Made by a program: the position numbers and the translations under genes. From Chara braunii (taxonomy: Eukaryota; Plantae; Charophyceae): a stretch of 64,000 nucleotides of DNA. The notes under the pieces are model-generated. The model saw only the letters and a list, made by a program, of their open reading frames with translations. It did no database searches and was not told the DNA's origin. This document shows positions 34,485 to 47,162 of the stretch, piece by piece. The DNA is taken from contig BFEA01000030.1 of the NCBI GenBank assembly GCA_003427395.1, forward strand, positions 5,011,728-5,075,727. Direction: 5' to 3'. Every line of letters starts with the position of its first letter. Positions within the stretch are counted from its first letter, which is position 1.

Positions 34485-34914
34485 TTAATAGTACCTTGGA
34501 CAAAGTGTTTGAAAAAAACAACGGCCTACCTCAATTGGTACACCCCATGAACTATTCAAATATAGACCCAAGTTTGAATCCAGCTGTCATCAGATGAACA
34601 TAATTGAATAATTATGAATTAACTGGGGCCGATCAACTCAATGATGATGATATCTCAAGGCCATCGCTTTTTTTTTTTTTTTTTTTAAGTGTTTGAAAAG
34701 AAAAGGAAAAAAAGAATAGTTCTGGAAGTTATCCTTGCCTGTGGTCCTCAGAAAGGGTGACCTTCAGGGACATGCCTGAGACAAAGTACAGACCATATGC
34801 AGTGAAGGGATCTCTCAGAGAGCTCAAAATTGATCCTAGAAAACACAGATGAAGAAGTGGTCTGTGTTAAGACAAGGTAGAAGAAAAGAGAGAAAGAAAG
34901 AAGAAACCTCCTCA

Positions 34915-35002
34915 GTGATGATATCATGGAATATAGAAATATTGTACAAAACGAAGGCTTGTTTGCGGTAATGATCGGACAGGGGGTCACAACACCTCCT
35001 TT
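34915..35002 (+). mobile_element. Older LINE RT fragment; upstream part of the copy that resumes at 40832
   Basis: DIMEYRNIVQNEGLFAVMIGQGVTT corresponds to DLMGYINAVQTEGTFGGLLNQGVTT of the neighbouring LINE. The next RT motif, NYRPITLL, is at ~40834. Confidence 0.65.
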
Positions 35003-35827
35003 AACCCCCCCCCCGCACCTCCCCACCCATATCTCACATCACCATGCCCACCACACCACAATCCGAACCCGATTCCTGAGCCCCCGCCCCCCCCCCCCCC
35101 CCCCCCCCCCCGCCCCACCCGATCACCTCCCCACCGCCCCCCCCCCCCCCCCCCCCAATGAGGAAGCTACCGCCGTGGGAAAAAGCAGATTTGGATGTGA
35201 GATCAATAAATGCAAATGGACTGGCGGCCTCGACACAGCAGAAAACACAAGCGATATGGGACATGATCCGCTCAAACGATGCCAACTACTGGCCCAACGC
35301 CGTGTGTGTGCAAGAAACTCACCTGTTGGACAATCCGACACACCAGGCAAGGGCCCAACAAATTTGGCCATACCAATCTTTCCATGCGCATACGAAGAAC
35401 TACCATTCTGCAGGGGTGGCAATCTGGCTCCCCCCCACATCGAGACTTAAGCCCCTTGAAGTGATCAGAGATGAGACCCACGGGAGATGGGTGCTCATGA
35501 AGGCCCTGTGGGAAGATGAAGAAATCTGCCTGTCAAGTGCCTATGCCCCTAACACACCGGCAGAAAGAGCATAATTTTTTCTATACCTTTTGCAGACGCT
35601 CCCTGCCGACCTTCCCATCATCCTGGCTGGCGACTTCAATCTAGCGCCGGACCCTACAATAGATAGAAGGAGCCAAACTCAGCCGGATGGACCGAGCCAG
35701 TCAATGCCGCATCAAGGACTTGATACCCTTATGTTCAATCAACTTATGGCAGAATTTCAGCTGGTTGACTCGTACAGGACCTTATACCCCACAAAACAGA
35801 CATTCACATCCATTAAATCTGGGGGAT

Positions 35828-36002
35828 TTGGAAGGATTGATAAATCTGGCAATCCTAGAAAGGATTGAAGAGGTGGTTCTGTTTTCCCTTGCTTAAGATT
35901 ATTGGAATGATACTCGGTCACCCCGGGTAGACTGTGAGGACCCCGGCCTCAATCTTTTTATTGAAAATATCTGCCTTGGGCACTGGGCCCTTTAAAAAAA
36001 AA
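35828..36002 (+). mobile_element. Short poly(A)-tailed retroposed insert inside the LINE endonuclease
   Basis: 13-bp TSD AAATCTGGGGGAT (35815-35827 / 36003-36015). Removing it restores the frame IKSGGCESLSNSRIDL. Confidence 0.85.
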
Positions 36003-39000
36003 AAATCTGGGGGATGTGAGAGTCTGTCAAATTCAAGAATCGATCTCATACTCCTCTCCAAAGATCTAGCAGGCCCGCTGATTGAGGCTGCCATACTCCC
36101 TTTCGGCCCCTCCCGCTCCTTCGACCATAAGATGATCGCCATCGGCCTCGTCACGCGACCATCCTTCAAAAGGGGGCCCAGTTTCTTCAAGTTTAATACA
36201 TCACTAATTAAATTACCGACATTCCGACAAAGAATACTGGGAGTATTGGCAGTCCAATAAATAGGATGCTGGATCAGTGGTAGATTGGTTTAATCAAGGG
36301 GTGGCCCAACTAAGAGAAAAAGTGAAAAAAATATTCAATCAAAAGGGCGAGAGAACGAAAAGCGGTCCTGGAGGACCTCCTTTGCACCTTGGAAAATTGG
36401 GATGATAAATTGTCCACCACCCCGCTGGACGACAGAGTGTATTCTAACCTGCAACAGGCCAGAGACCGACTCCAAGAGCATCAGGACACCCAAGCGGAGG
36501 CATGGAGAATTCAGGCCAGAATCAAACGTACTCAGACAGATGGGACGATGGCAAAAACGTTTTTTCAAAAAGCTAAGACGAGAACAAAACAGGCAGCCAT
36601 TGTTTCGCTCAAACACCCGCTGCATGCTGACCGTCTAGAGGCCGTTAATCCCTACCAAATCACTGAATATGCTGCCAATTACTACCAAGAACTGTTCACC
36701 TCCAAGATATCCTAGCGGACAGCTGACAACGTCACAGTTGCGAGGCAACAAATGTTGCAGAACCTTGAATCAATCCTCTCGTTAGAGAACCGCTCTGCAC
36801 TGAAGAGCCCACTCTCCACGACAAAAATTTACACTGCCCCCCAACAAATGGAAGACGAAAAAACACCCGATTTGGACTCGTTTCCCAAGGAATTTTGGCT
36901 AGCATTCTGGGACACAATTGGAACAGACCTCATGGGGTATATTAACGCAGTTCAGACTGAAGGCACGTTTGGAGGCCTCCTCAACCAAGGAGTCACCACA
37001 CTCCTGTACAAGAAAGGCTCGAAGAATGAGGTTAGGAATTACAGACCCATAACACTACTGCCTGTTCCCTACAAAATGGTGGCGAAGGCGCTTACTAACC
37101 GCATGCTCCCCCATATGACACACCTCATTCACCCCGACCAGTCCGGGTTTATACCTGAAAGGAACATACAAGATAATATCTTATTGGTGAATGAGATCAT
37201 AAAATACACAAGACGAAGGAAGAAGGATGCTGCAGTCCTCTTCATTGACTTCGAAAAGGTCTATGACCATGTGGATTGGGTCTTCCTGGACCTCTGTATG
37301 CAAAAAATGAATTTTGGTCCCAACTTCAGGAAATGGGTGGATACCGTCCATAGAACAGCGACAACCAATTTCATGGTGAACGGTCATCTCTCCAACCCTT
37401 TCCCGCTTCAGCGATCGGTTAGGCAAGGGGATCCTGTTGCCCCATTGTTTTTCGTTATCATAATGGAGGCACTTGTCACGGCTATCAGAGCTAACCCCAA
37501 AATAAAGAAGATAGATGTGCCCGAAATCCCGCACCACTGCATCTCAGTCACATCGCTCTTTGCTGATGATCTGACGGTGCTGATCAAGGTCAATCAGTCC
37601 TCTCTACAAGCGCTGGTCGCTACTATACATACATTCTCAATAGCATCTGATATGGTCGTGAACTGGGGAACCAAGACTGAGGGTTGGTGGCTCCACCCAC
37701 AAGACATTCCACCCCCCCCCGACCCGGCTGTTGTATGGAAACACAAGGAGGAGACTATGCGGATATTGGGAGTGCGCCTGACAGCGCTGGGACCTCCGCT
37801 CGATCATGGGGCCTCCTGGTGGAAGAGGCCCTGAGAAGAAGGGCCTACACACTTCAATTGTGGATAGGGAGCTTGCACTTAATACCGCAATATTTTCGAC
37901 AATGTGGTATAAAGCGGCATGCTGGCCGATTCCGCCCAAGCAACTTCAAAGATTGAGGAAAGCGGCGGCTACATACCTGTAGAAAAATGATCATGAGGAC
38001 CTTGCCTTCATCTCCAGAGTAGCTTGGGACAGCATGGCCCAACCTAGCTCAAAAGGGGGTTTGACAATTCTGGAACAGCAAGACCAGTTAAAAGCGCTCT
38101 CTTTCAAAAATTTTATCCGTCTGTTGATGGGGAATGATATCTTATGGGCCCCTTATGCACATATCCAGATCATCGATCTTGCCCCCGCCTCCCCACAGGA
38201 CAGGCAGGTACACCCGCTGCAATGGCTAACTAACCCGGCGTGGTCGATCCCTGGACCGCACTCATTAGTCGCCCCTCTCGCTCAACAGGCACCAGCAAGA
38301 AGTGACATAGCAAATGATCCGCTATGACCCAACATGGTGAAACTGTGGAGGGAGATGGGCCCTCAGAGTGTCCCTCCACACCTACGCTGGCATGACATAG
38401 TTAGGCAACCACTCTTCGGAAATCCGCTTATATGCGACGAGGAAGGGCGACCATTCCAACTGTCAAAGCGTTCACATTGGAGGCAATGGGTCGCTAAAGG
38501 CGTCTTCACTATGGGAGATATATGGGACTTCCGAAGGGGTGCATGGAAAATAGCGGAGCAACTTAAAGATCAATTGAAATATGTCAGAGGAAGGGAGGAA
38601 AACGTGGCGAGACTCCAAGAATCCATTCCCCTCGCATGGATCCAGCCCCTGAAGAACAACCCCTCGATTGAAGAAGGAGATTGGGTTGTTCATTGGCCCC
38701 AGAGCGAACTCTCGCACTCGGTGGGCAAGTTTGTCAAACTGAGAGACCGGACTGCCCATATACAAGCACATAACATATCTACTCCAGGGGCTACATGGTC
38801 AGCACTGCGAAGAAATCAAGATGGGGACGCAAACCGTAACTGGGCTAGCCTGATCAGGGTGAGGGTGGTGGAGGGAACACACCAATCTCATTTCGTGTAC
38901 CGACCATGCTCCCCGATCTCGACCCTCCCCTTTGATCCTGCAAAATGGAAGTGGACCCAAAACGGGGCCACCGCACCTCCTGTAAAACCATGGGAGTACA

Positions 39001-40683
39001 CGGTCAAGCACGAATATCGAACAATACATAAAACGCAGTCCACAGAAAAGACTGTGCAAAAAAGATGGGACAAAGACTCTATCCTTCCACGGGGGGAGAT
39101 GACCGATTTTCGATGAAACCACTACATAAACATAATATCGACATCTCACCGGGCCCTCCAATGGCAAATATTGTATCGATGTCTGCCCACCCCTGACTAG
39201 CTTGTCTCGAGGACAGACTTGGAACAAAAAGGCCTCCTCTCCCCCATTTGCAGCTACTGTGACTGGTTCTCCCAACCCTCCCGTGCCACACTGGAACATT
39301 GCCTACTGGGATGCCCTATGGTAACTCAGATCTACAAATGGTGGGATGTTGCCTGGACATGCCTAACCGAGTCCCAATTTCCCTGGGCTCCGAAACTGTT
39401 GCTGATTGGCAACCTGACAGAATCTCAGGCGGGTTGGTCTCCCTATGAGAGGAATCTGTTCCATATCACTAGAATAGAACTGTTGATGCTCGCCTGGCGG
39501 TCCCGCTGGTCCTTTGAACGAAAACAACACACTTTTACCGCCCCCCAAGCAAAGGAACACCTAACACAGTACCTGGTGGGAAGGGTAAGAGCAGCATGGG
39601 ATCGTTCCAAACAACAAATCCAAAAGATACAGGAAGACCCAACCCTCACAGAATCGCAAAAAAAAATTAAAGAAAACAAAATGACAAACCGATTCACAGA
39701 TGAGTGGCTGGGTCAAAAGAGAGTTATGGCAGACCTTCAGGACTCCCGACTATGTTGGAAGAATTGGAGGATGGAGGTAAAACCATATGACCACTTCTCG
39801 GTTCCGTTTGATGCTTCCCCCCCTTCCTTCGTTCTCCTCTAAAAAATATGATGGAGACCCCGTCAGCCTGCCCTTACACACCCCTCTCCCCTCCCCCTAT
39901 TCCCCCGTTCCTCCTACAACCCTTCCAGCCATCAGATACTCGTACAGAAGGGTCAGCCGCACCACAACTGGAGCGGAGGCAATGGATGACATCACATGAC
40001 GGAAGGCAGCTGGAAACTGGAGTGAACTCGAGAGATGACATCAGATGAAATCAGAGGACGGAAGGCTGTCGGAGAAACATCGACCCACAAGGGGGAAATC
40101 GGCATATCAACAACTTTGACGCATACATCAGGGAGCAAGCTCCAGAGGGGTGTGGGTTCCTGGGTATAATTACAGCAATGCCAAAGAAAGGGAAGGTGAA
40201 CATCATGGGACCGTTGTCTTCAGAGTTTGTTCTCCTTGCAATCACCAGGCATCACATTGTTCACTACTTCATATCATGCTGGGCGTTTTGTCTGTACACG
40301 CCAAGGATCACCAAAACCCTCAGCAGGAGTTTAGAGAGGGTTTAGGGTTTAAATGGGACAAAATACGGCCCCTGTAATCATCCTGCATCACATTGCGTAA
40401 CTACCCCGTATCATTGTGTTTTTTTTTCCCCCCTCAGGCTTTGAAAGTTTACGAATGTCCAGAGTATGGGTTCTGACAGGGTCTACCATTAAATGGGAAC
40501 ATCATATGGTTACAAAAAACAGGGGGGCTGCAAAATAGGGCAGGGCCACTAGCCAAGGACGCTCCAAGATGGGATGGGAGACATGAGCAGCTCCAAAGGG
40601 AAAATGGAGTCCCAAGTTTAGAAGTGAAATGACCTTAGCCCTACAAAATGAAACAACAAATTTTGTACTGCAAGTTGTTCAAA

Positions 40684-40736
40684 GGGACACTGGACCCGGT
40701 TTCCAGCAGGTGCCGCTCCCCACCAATAGATGGAGC
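40684..40736 (+). repeat. Dispersed ~55-bp hairpin repeat, copy 5
   Basis: GGGACACTGGACCCGGTTTCCAGCAGGTGCCGCTCCCCACCAATAGATGGAG. Confidence 0.8.
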
Positions 40737-40831
40737 AGCCCGACAGATAAGCTGTCAATTCTGACGGTTCTCTCACTACCGCCGGGATAGAGGGTTTACG
40801 CAAGGGCTTTTCACAAAAAAAAAAAAAAAAA

Positions 40832-41798
40832 GTAATTACAGACCTATCACCCTCCTCGTGGCCTCGTACAAACTAGTCGCCAAAGTCCTCACTAACAGAC
40901 TGCTACCCTTGATGAACATGTTGATCCACCCAAACCAAATAGGATTCATGCCCAATCGCAACATCGAGGACAATATCCTGCTTATCAACGAGACCATCAA
41001 GTATGCCCGCTAGCGAAAAGCCCAATCCGCAATTCTCTTCATAGACTTTGAAAAGGCATATGATCATGTCGATTGGGACTTCCTCGACATGTGCCTAGTC
41101 AGGATGAACTTTGGTCCAGTTTTTTGCCAATGGGTGCACCTGCTATACAGATCAGCCACAACGAACATAACGCTTACTAGTTACCTCTCACCATTGATCC
41201 GCCTTCAGAGATCGGTGCACTAGGGAGACCCCATTGCACCATTGTTGTGTGTCATAGTCATGGAGACCCTTACATCACTAATCAGATTCGACCCCCATAT
41301 CAGCAAGGTGCCTATCTTGGATATACCTCACCACCTCATACCGATGAATCGCTCTTCGCATACGACCTCACCGTCCTTATACATGCAGACTCGGTCAGTT
41401 TCCAAGCCCTCGCCCAAGTTATACATTTTTTCTCACTGACGGCTAATATGAAGGTCAATTGGGGCTCCAAGGCAGAGGGTTGGTGGCTCCACCCTCAAGG
41501 ACAACCCCCCCCCCCATCCGAGCCGAGCGAAACATGGGTCTGAGGGGAGGTCAATATGACAGTGGACCGACGAGCAAAATGGGAAGGCTTGCACACCTCA
41601 CTGGTGGGACGCGCGTTAGCAATTCATAGTGCAGTCGTGACACCCATTTGCTACAAACTGGTTGTATGGCCGCTAAACAAACAGCAGGGCGTCAAATTAA
41701 AGAAAGCGCTTACAACGTATTTGTGGGAAAACATCACTAAGGCTCAGGGTTGCGTCAACAGGGTGAGATGGGATGTGCTCACACAGCCTAGATCCAAA
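40832..41798 (+). mobile_element. Older LINE RT region, ending at the Sola-like insertion
   Basis: NYRPITLL, FIDFEKAYDHVDW, SLVGRALAI, RVRWDVLTQPRSK followed directly by the TIR. Confidence 0.9.
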
Positions 41799-41907
41799 AA
41801 CAGCGATTTCGTCAAAACGGACATTTTTTATTTTTTGAACGAAATTGAATTTGTCATTTTTTAGCTGATTTAGGTGCAAAAACCATTACAAAGAGATGTT
41901 GGGTATA

Positions 41908-42037
41908 TGGGGTAAGGTGTAAGGTGTAAGGGGTGAGGGGTAAGGGGTGAGGGGTAAGGGGTAAGGGGTAAGGGGTAAGGTGTAAGGGGCACGGTGTGAG
42001 GTGAACGGGGTAAGGTATAAGGGGTGAGGTGTAAGGG
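41908..42037. repeat. Subterminal 7-bp G-rich tandem array (TAAGGGG/TGAGGGG/TAAGGTG)
   Basis: Directly visible. Confidence 0.9.
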
Positions 42038-42175
42038 ATATGTGGTAAATTGCAAGGGTCAAGTGGCACAGCGTATCGAGTAATATTTGACACCTTATAT
42101 ACATTGTTTTTGTCACAAACCATCTTGTGGCCTCCCCCCCCCCTCCAAATCATATTATGGATTATCATATACACA

Positions 42176-43010
42176 CTACTCACGAGCCACTGTGTCCAAA
42201 GCCATTCGATGACGTATCGCGGGTATATCATCAGCAGTGAAAACGAAAGGTGGAAGTTGGCCCCGTGCCAAGAGTGATGCATACGTGAGCATAAAGACCC
42301 CGCACTCGTTCGTGTCGTGTTACTTCGGAATGCCCTCTACAGTCCATATGTGATTGAATGGTTTTGTGTCCACCTCTTTGCCTTGCGATTTCGATCTTTC
42401 GAATATAAACTTTGCAAACCCGTCGGTCACCTTTCTCGCCAACTCCATGTCGGGGTCGAGGGAGTCGTAAAATTCGAATTTCCTCCTTCTGAAGTCTGCC
42501 ACGACAAGGGTCCAGTGGTTCTTGTGTTCGATATGGAAAGGAGCAATAATCAAGTCCATGTCACTTATGATAACATTCTGACACCAACGTTCTACCTCTC
42601 GACCTCTATATCTCATTTCATTGTCGAAAAGTTAGACGAACAAAAATGAGCTCAGCACCGATACTCTAGGAATGCGACCCTTTCCTTCTCTAATAACTAT
42701 CTCATTCTCCGCGTCGCATTCTACGTGTTGTATTCTACACCAGTTGTCCAATGCTATGAGATTGAGGTGAAAGTTGATGACATTGTCGTTTAACCACTGA
42801 CGTTCTACATCGAGTAAAAGGAAATCGTTGCGAGTTAGTTGCAATACCTCGTTCATGTATACGTCGTGTGTGGTGGCTATGGGATACCTATTCCCGTATT
42901 CGCGGATGATACGCGTCAAGGATGCCGTCTCCCTCTTTGATAAAGACGAAGTTGCGAGATGCATTGTCCATCCTCTTTTGCACAATCTTGTATCAGTTGT
43001 TGTCATTTGC
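42176..43010 (-). pseudogene. Ulp1/SENP-like C48 cysteine protease, with two in-frame TAA stops
   Basis: WLNDNVINFHL, NHWTLVV, YDSLD and PK*HDTNECGVF supply the His-Asp-Cys triad. The oxyanion Gln position is TAA. Confidence 0.9.
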
Positions 43011-43379
43011 ACTGCACACCACAAACATGAGGAAGACGACATTCACGGGGGCGGATGGGGAAAGGATGGTGAGTGCATGGCCAAATGCTTTGTGGGAGCT
43101 AATGCATGCAACGCATGTTTTCAATGTTTCTCTAATCTTTTACTTGCATTTACGACATTCACGTATACAATCAANNNNNNNNNNNNNNNNNNNNNNNNNN
43201 NNNNNNNNNNNNNNNNNNNNNNNNNNNNNNNNNNNNNNNNNNNNNNNNNNNNNNNNNNNNNNNNNNNNNNNNNNNNNNNNNNNNNNNNNNNNNNNNNNNN
43301 NNNNNNNNNNNNNNNNNNNNNNNNNNNNNNNNNNNNNNNNNNNNNNNNNNNNNNNNNNNNNNNNNNNNNNNNNNNNNNN

Positions 43380-43454
<75 letters not shown>
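43380..43454. repeat. (AG)n microsatellite at a contig edge
   Basis: Directly visible. Confidence 0.95.
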
Positions 43455-43457
<3 letters not shown>

Positions 43458-43757
43458 AAGTCGGAATACATCCGCATACACACATCCACGTCGAAAAGGG
43501 CAAGTATCCTAAACATCGTAGGTCGAACGTAATATTGAGGGAAAAAATATATATAGATAAAAGAAAACCAGGTGGTCGAAGACTAATACTAGTTCCATTT
43601 GAAACTAAAAACAAACGAAGACTAATACTAGTTCCATTTGAAACTAAAAACAAACGAGTCAATTGTGCGATTTCAATCAACAAAGAAAAGAATAACATTG
43701 TAATCATATCGTTGTTTTCTCCCTCTCCATTGCCTCCCTCCCGCCTCACCGATCATT

Positions 43758-45077
43758 TCACACTCCCCTCGTATTGACCATGTCATTTCCACCCTCACCC
43801 CCATAATCAAAATCATCGGTTAAGGTATCAAGATTGCGAGGATGGAGGATTCCCTCCACATCCCCTCCCTTCCCACCATCGGCAGCGGCCCCTCCCTGTG
43901 ATGTCAGCGGTGATTGTGCATCACCTTTGCCTGTGCATAACTCCGGTTGCAACTAACTGTCCGGCACTCTCAGGCCAACACATGACTCTGACTGCATTTC
44001 GGATGTGCCTTCTAATGTAGCACATGTCAGTAATAAACTCCCGTACGTCGCACCTGCATCTGACGACAATGTGTTTGCCCCATTCATGCGTTCGGACAGT
44101 TCTATCGTGGCAACGGAGATTTGCGGCATAGACATCATGTGAACCTCTTGAGTCTTCACCACAGTAGTCCCGTCATCCTCCCTCTGCCCTGCCTGCGTGG
44201 GTACGGGGCGCGATGCCGACAAAGGCACGGCATCCTGAGAGTTGCTCTCCTCCATGGTTTCGATAGTTTGATTGACCTTCCAGTCGATTGACCCACATGA
44301 GGGACTCGTTCGCAAGGAGTAAAATTTCCAACTGTACTCCAACTGCTGATTGTCTCGCAATACAGAAAACAATTCTTTGACCTTGTCTTTGACAGCGCCC
44401 TCACTCTGCCCCGGATTCTCCTTTTGCATGCGATACATAATCGCGAGTTCCGTCGTTTTCAACCAAGTGTCCTTTGACATCCGGCGAAACGTCTGTCATC
44501 CGCGTGTGTATTTGACCGCCATCTTCCACTCCCCATCTTAGGTGCAAGGTTCAAAAATGCCCTCATGCCACACGATGTCATGGCCCCACTTGTCCTCACC
44601 AGTGCGGGCGTGTTTGCCCCCCAAGAAATAAATTGTGGTCGGATCGGCACAATAGCCGGGAGGAATTGGATCGCCTGGTGCGAGCTTCGACGCCTCGCCT
44701 GGCATATCAATGTCATCTTCATCATTGGGACCACATATTCCCATGTTTGGCAAACTGGTGCCCTCCATGGCGGCCACCATCGAGCCAACACTGTGGGCGG
44801 CCACCGGTACGGGTCTTTCATGCGAGCGAACGGTCCCTTCATCATGTGACAGCACCATGCCACCGGTCGGACCTTCACCACCCTTGTCCTTGTCCAATTC
44901 GAGGTCGGACTCCGAAGAGTCTTCCTCACTGTCGACGGGGTTAAAGCCGTCACCCGATTTCGCGAGGTCAGCGTAGTCCTTGGATGTCAATAGTGCTGGC
45001 TCCCCCACTCGTGTGGCGTGTTTTCTACTTTGGTTGTTTGCTTCGTTTTGGGGGATAGGCTCGTCTGGGTTTGCCAT
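43758..45077 (-). pseudogene. ~440-codon single-frame ORF of unknown function with three premature stops, probably TE-derived
   Basis: ORFs 44538-45077, 43953-44480 and 43758-43952 share one frame. There is a central aromatic-rich segment (WGHDIVWHEGIFEPC..WKMAV..W..FYSL..SPS..IDW). Confidence 0.6.
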
Positions 45078-45759
45078 GGGGCAGCCGAGTTCCTAGCGCT
45101 GTGCTGCATCTTACCCTCCACTTGGTGTGTCATGACCTCTTGGATCCTGGCCTGTTTCTCTCGCTTTTATTTACTTTTTGTTACTTATTTCCTGCGTTAT
45201 CTAATCAGGGGTCATATTTTAACGAGTTATCTATTCGGGCCAGACAAGGTATAACCCTTACTATCTGAGCAGGCCTGAGTTGTTCGTTTGCTCTCTGGAA
45301 TTTAGCACAACCCTTCCTCTTTGGCCTGGGTACGAACCTTACTTGTTTGACCAGGACCGGGGTGTGCCCATATTCCCCGGAATTAGGTTATGGTATTCCA
45401 GTGGTGGGCGGTAGTCATGTGCTGTCCATACCCTGTCATACTACTGAAAATCCACCCTAATCTTGTCTGGTTTGGATATGGTCCACTGTAACCGGAAATC
45501 CCTATTGACATGAGGTCTATCTGGCAAGCTTTGTTACGGTGCCCCAGAGGGGGGGGTAGGGCACAAGAGTCTTGTGCTATCCGTACCCTGACACACTACA
45601 GAGCACCCACCCTAGTCTTATGCCACCCGTACAGCTTTGCCGGTTGTCCAATTCGTCCAATTCGTGTTTTGTAGGTAGAGAGCAGTGTTTATTAAGTGCT
45701 CAATTGTCTGTGTGGTCGTGAGGATAGTAAACTGCTGTCTCGGAAATGTTGATGAGCGA

Positions 45760-45929
45760 AGGTTTTAGAGGAAAGTCGAAGACCCTGGACAAGCGGTAAG
45801 AGGGAGCCGGTGTCAAATTGGCGGGGATTGATTACTGAGATGGNAGGGTTTAGAGGAAAGTCGAAGACACTGGACAGGGGGTAAAAGGGAGCATGTGTCA
45901 AATTGGCGGGGATTGATTACTCAGATGGG
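45760..45929. repeat. Tandem duplication of an ~85-bp unit
   Basis: TTTAGAGGAAAGTCGAAGAC..GTCAAATTGGCGGGGATTGATTACT occurs twice. Confidence 0.9.
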
Positions 45930-47162
45930 ACACGACTTTAAGGGCAGACGAAGCGGGGCAGGTGTCTTTGATCACTGAGGAAATCACCGCCCGGCTCGGG
46001 GACGTTCGTGCATCGTTCCTGAGAGTTTTTTTTGAGACACTTGGTTTTCGTTTGACCGCTACTATCTGCCCACTACTTTTGCCTCTTCAGCTCGCCCCGT
46101 CCTTCCAAGTTGACCACCTCCTTCAGGCGCCGCCACGTGGCACCCCTTGTTGGTCTTACCCCACTTTCTGTCTCTTTTGTTCTCCTATGTCTCTCTCCCC
46201 GACCCGCCTTGTTGCCCTCACCTCTTGTCCTCTCCCTCGTTCTTGTCCTGAGTGGTCTTTTGAGTTACTTTGTTTTCTTTTGAATGTTGCTATCCGGCCG
46301 CAATTTTGCCTCCTCAGTTTGCCCCGTCCATCCAGTTTGGTCACCTCCTCCAGGCGCCGCCACGTGGTATCCCTGTTAGTCTTACCCCATCTTTCTGACT
46401 CTTCTGGCCTTCTGTCTTTCTACCCCAGTCCTCTTGTCCTCTCCCTGTTCTTGTCGTCGTCGCACCTCCCTCCCTTCTCTCTCACTCAATTCACCTAGTG
46501 AAGTCTCCACGGTCTCTCGACACACTGGTTTGTCATCACGCTGGCGTCAACGCACCGGTCTCGCTCCACTTGAGTACACTCACTCCGGCACAAGCTTGGC
46601 TGGGGGCTGTCGGTGCTCAGTTCTCCTGGTATAGGCGTCATGCATGTCAACCATCGGTGTTCAACACGCCGACCATCTCCAGAAGCTTGCGCAGATCCTG
46701 GCAGGCGGGCCCTGCCGTCCACAGGTCGCGTAGCGCTAGCGCAGCAGCTCAGTTAAAGGCTTGTCGGGTTGCTGGAACTGGCTTTAGATGATAGCTCTGG
46801 ATTCCGAAATTCTAGCTTCTCAAGAGTGGTATCTCACTGATGGCTTGGGACCTGTGTCTCCAGTTCAGCAATCTGAACGCAACCACAATCCCACCGAGAG
46901 GGCAGTAATTAGACAAGCCCCTCAAATCTAGTGAGCGCACCGACACTTACGACATCCACCGCTGAAAGAGGAGGTGGCGAGGCAGGGTTCAATAGACTTC
47001 CCATATCCTCCTCGCGGTAGCCCGAACCGCCACATAAGCTTTCCCATTCCCCCCGTTCTCCCATAGGGACAACCCATCCTCCCCTCGCCCACCATACCTC
47101 CCATCGCTGCTACACCCAATCAGTGCCATCCTATTCTGTGCGGAAGGTCCAGTCGGTAACCC

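Larger units (their letters stand above)
35004..40806 (+). mobile_element. L1/Tx1-like LINE with complete but decayed ORF2 (35158-39842), no ORF1
   Basis: APE motifs SINANGL, CVQETH, SAYAPN, LAGDFN, SRIDL, FDH. RT motifs NYRPITLL, IDFEKVYD, RQGDPVAP, LFADD. C-terminal CxxC..HxxxxC. The 3' boundary is approximate. Confidence 0.92.
41799..43174. mobile_element. Sola-like DNA transposon, arm 1 (TIR to assembly gap)
   Basis: TIR AACAGCGATTTCGTCAAAACGGACATTTT, preceded by CAAA. Confidence 0.8.

Noticed and set aside
42828-43749. Long ORFs spanning N gaps and (AG)n or (CT)n runs (also 51021-52323 and 58743-59455)
   Set aside because: These are artefacts of Ns and microsatellites lacking stop codons.
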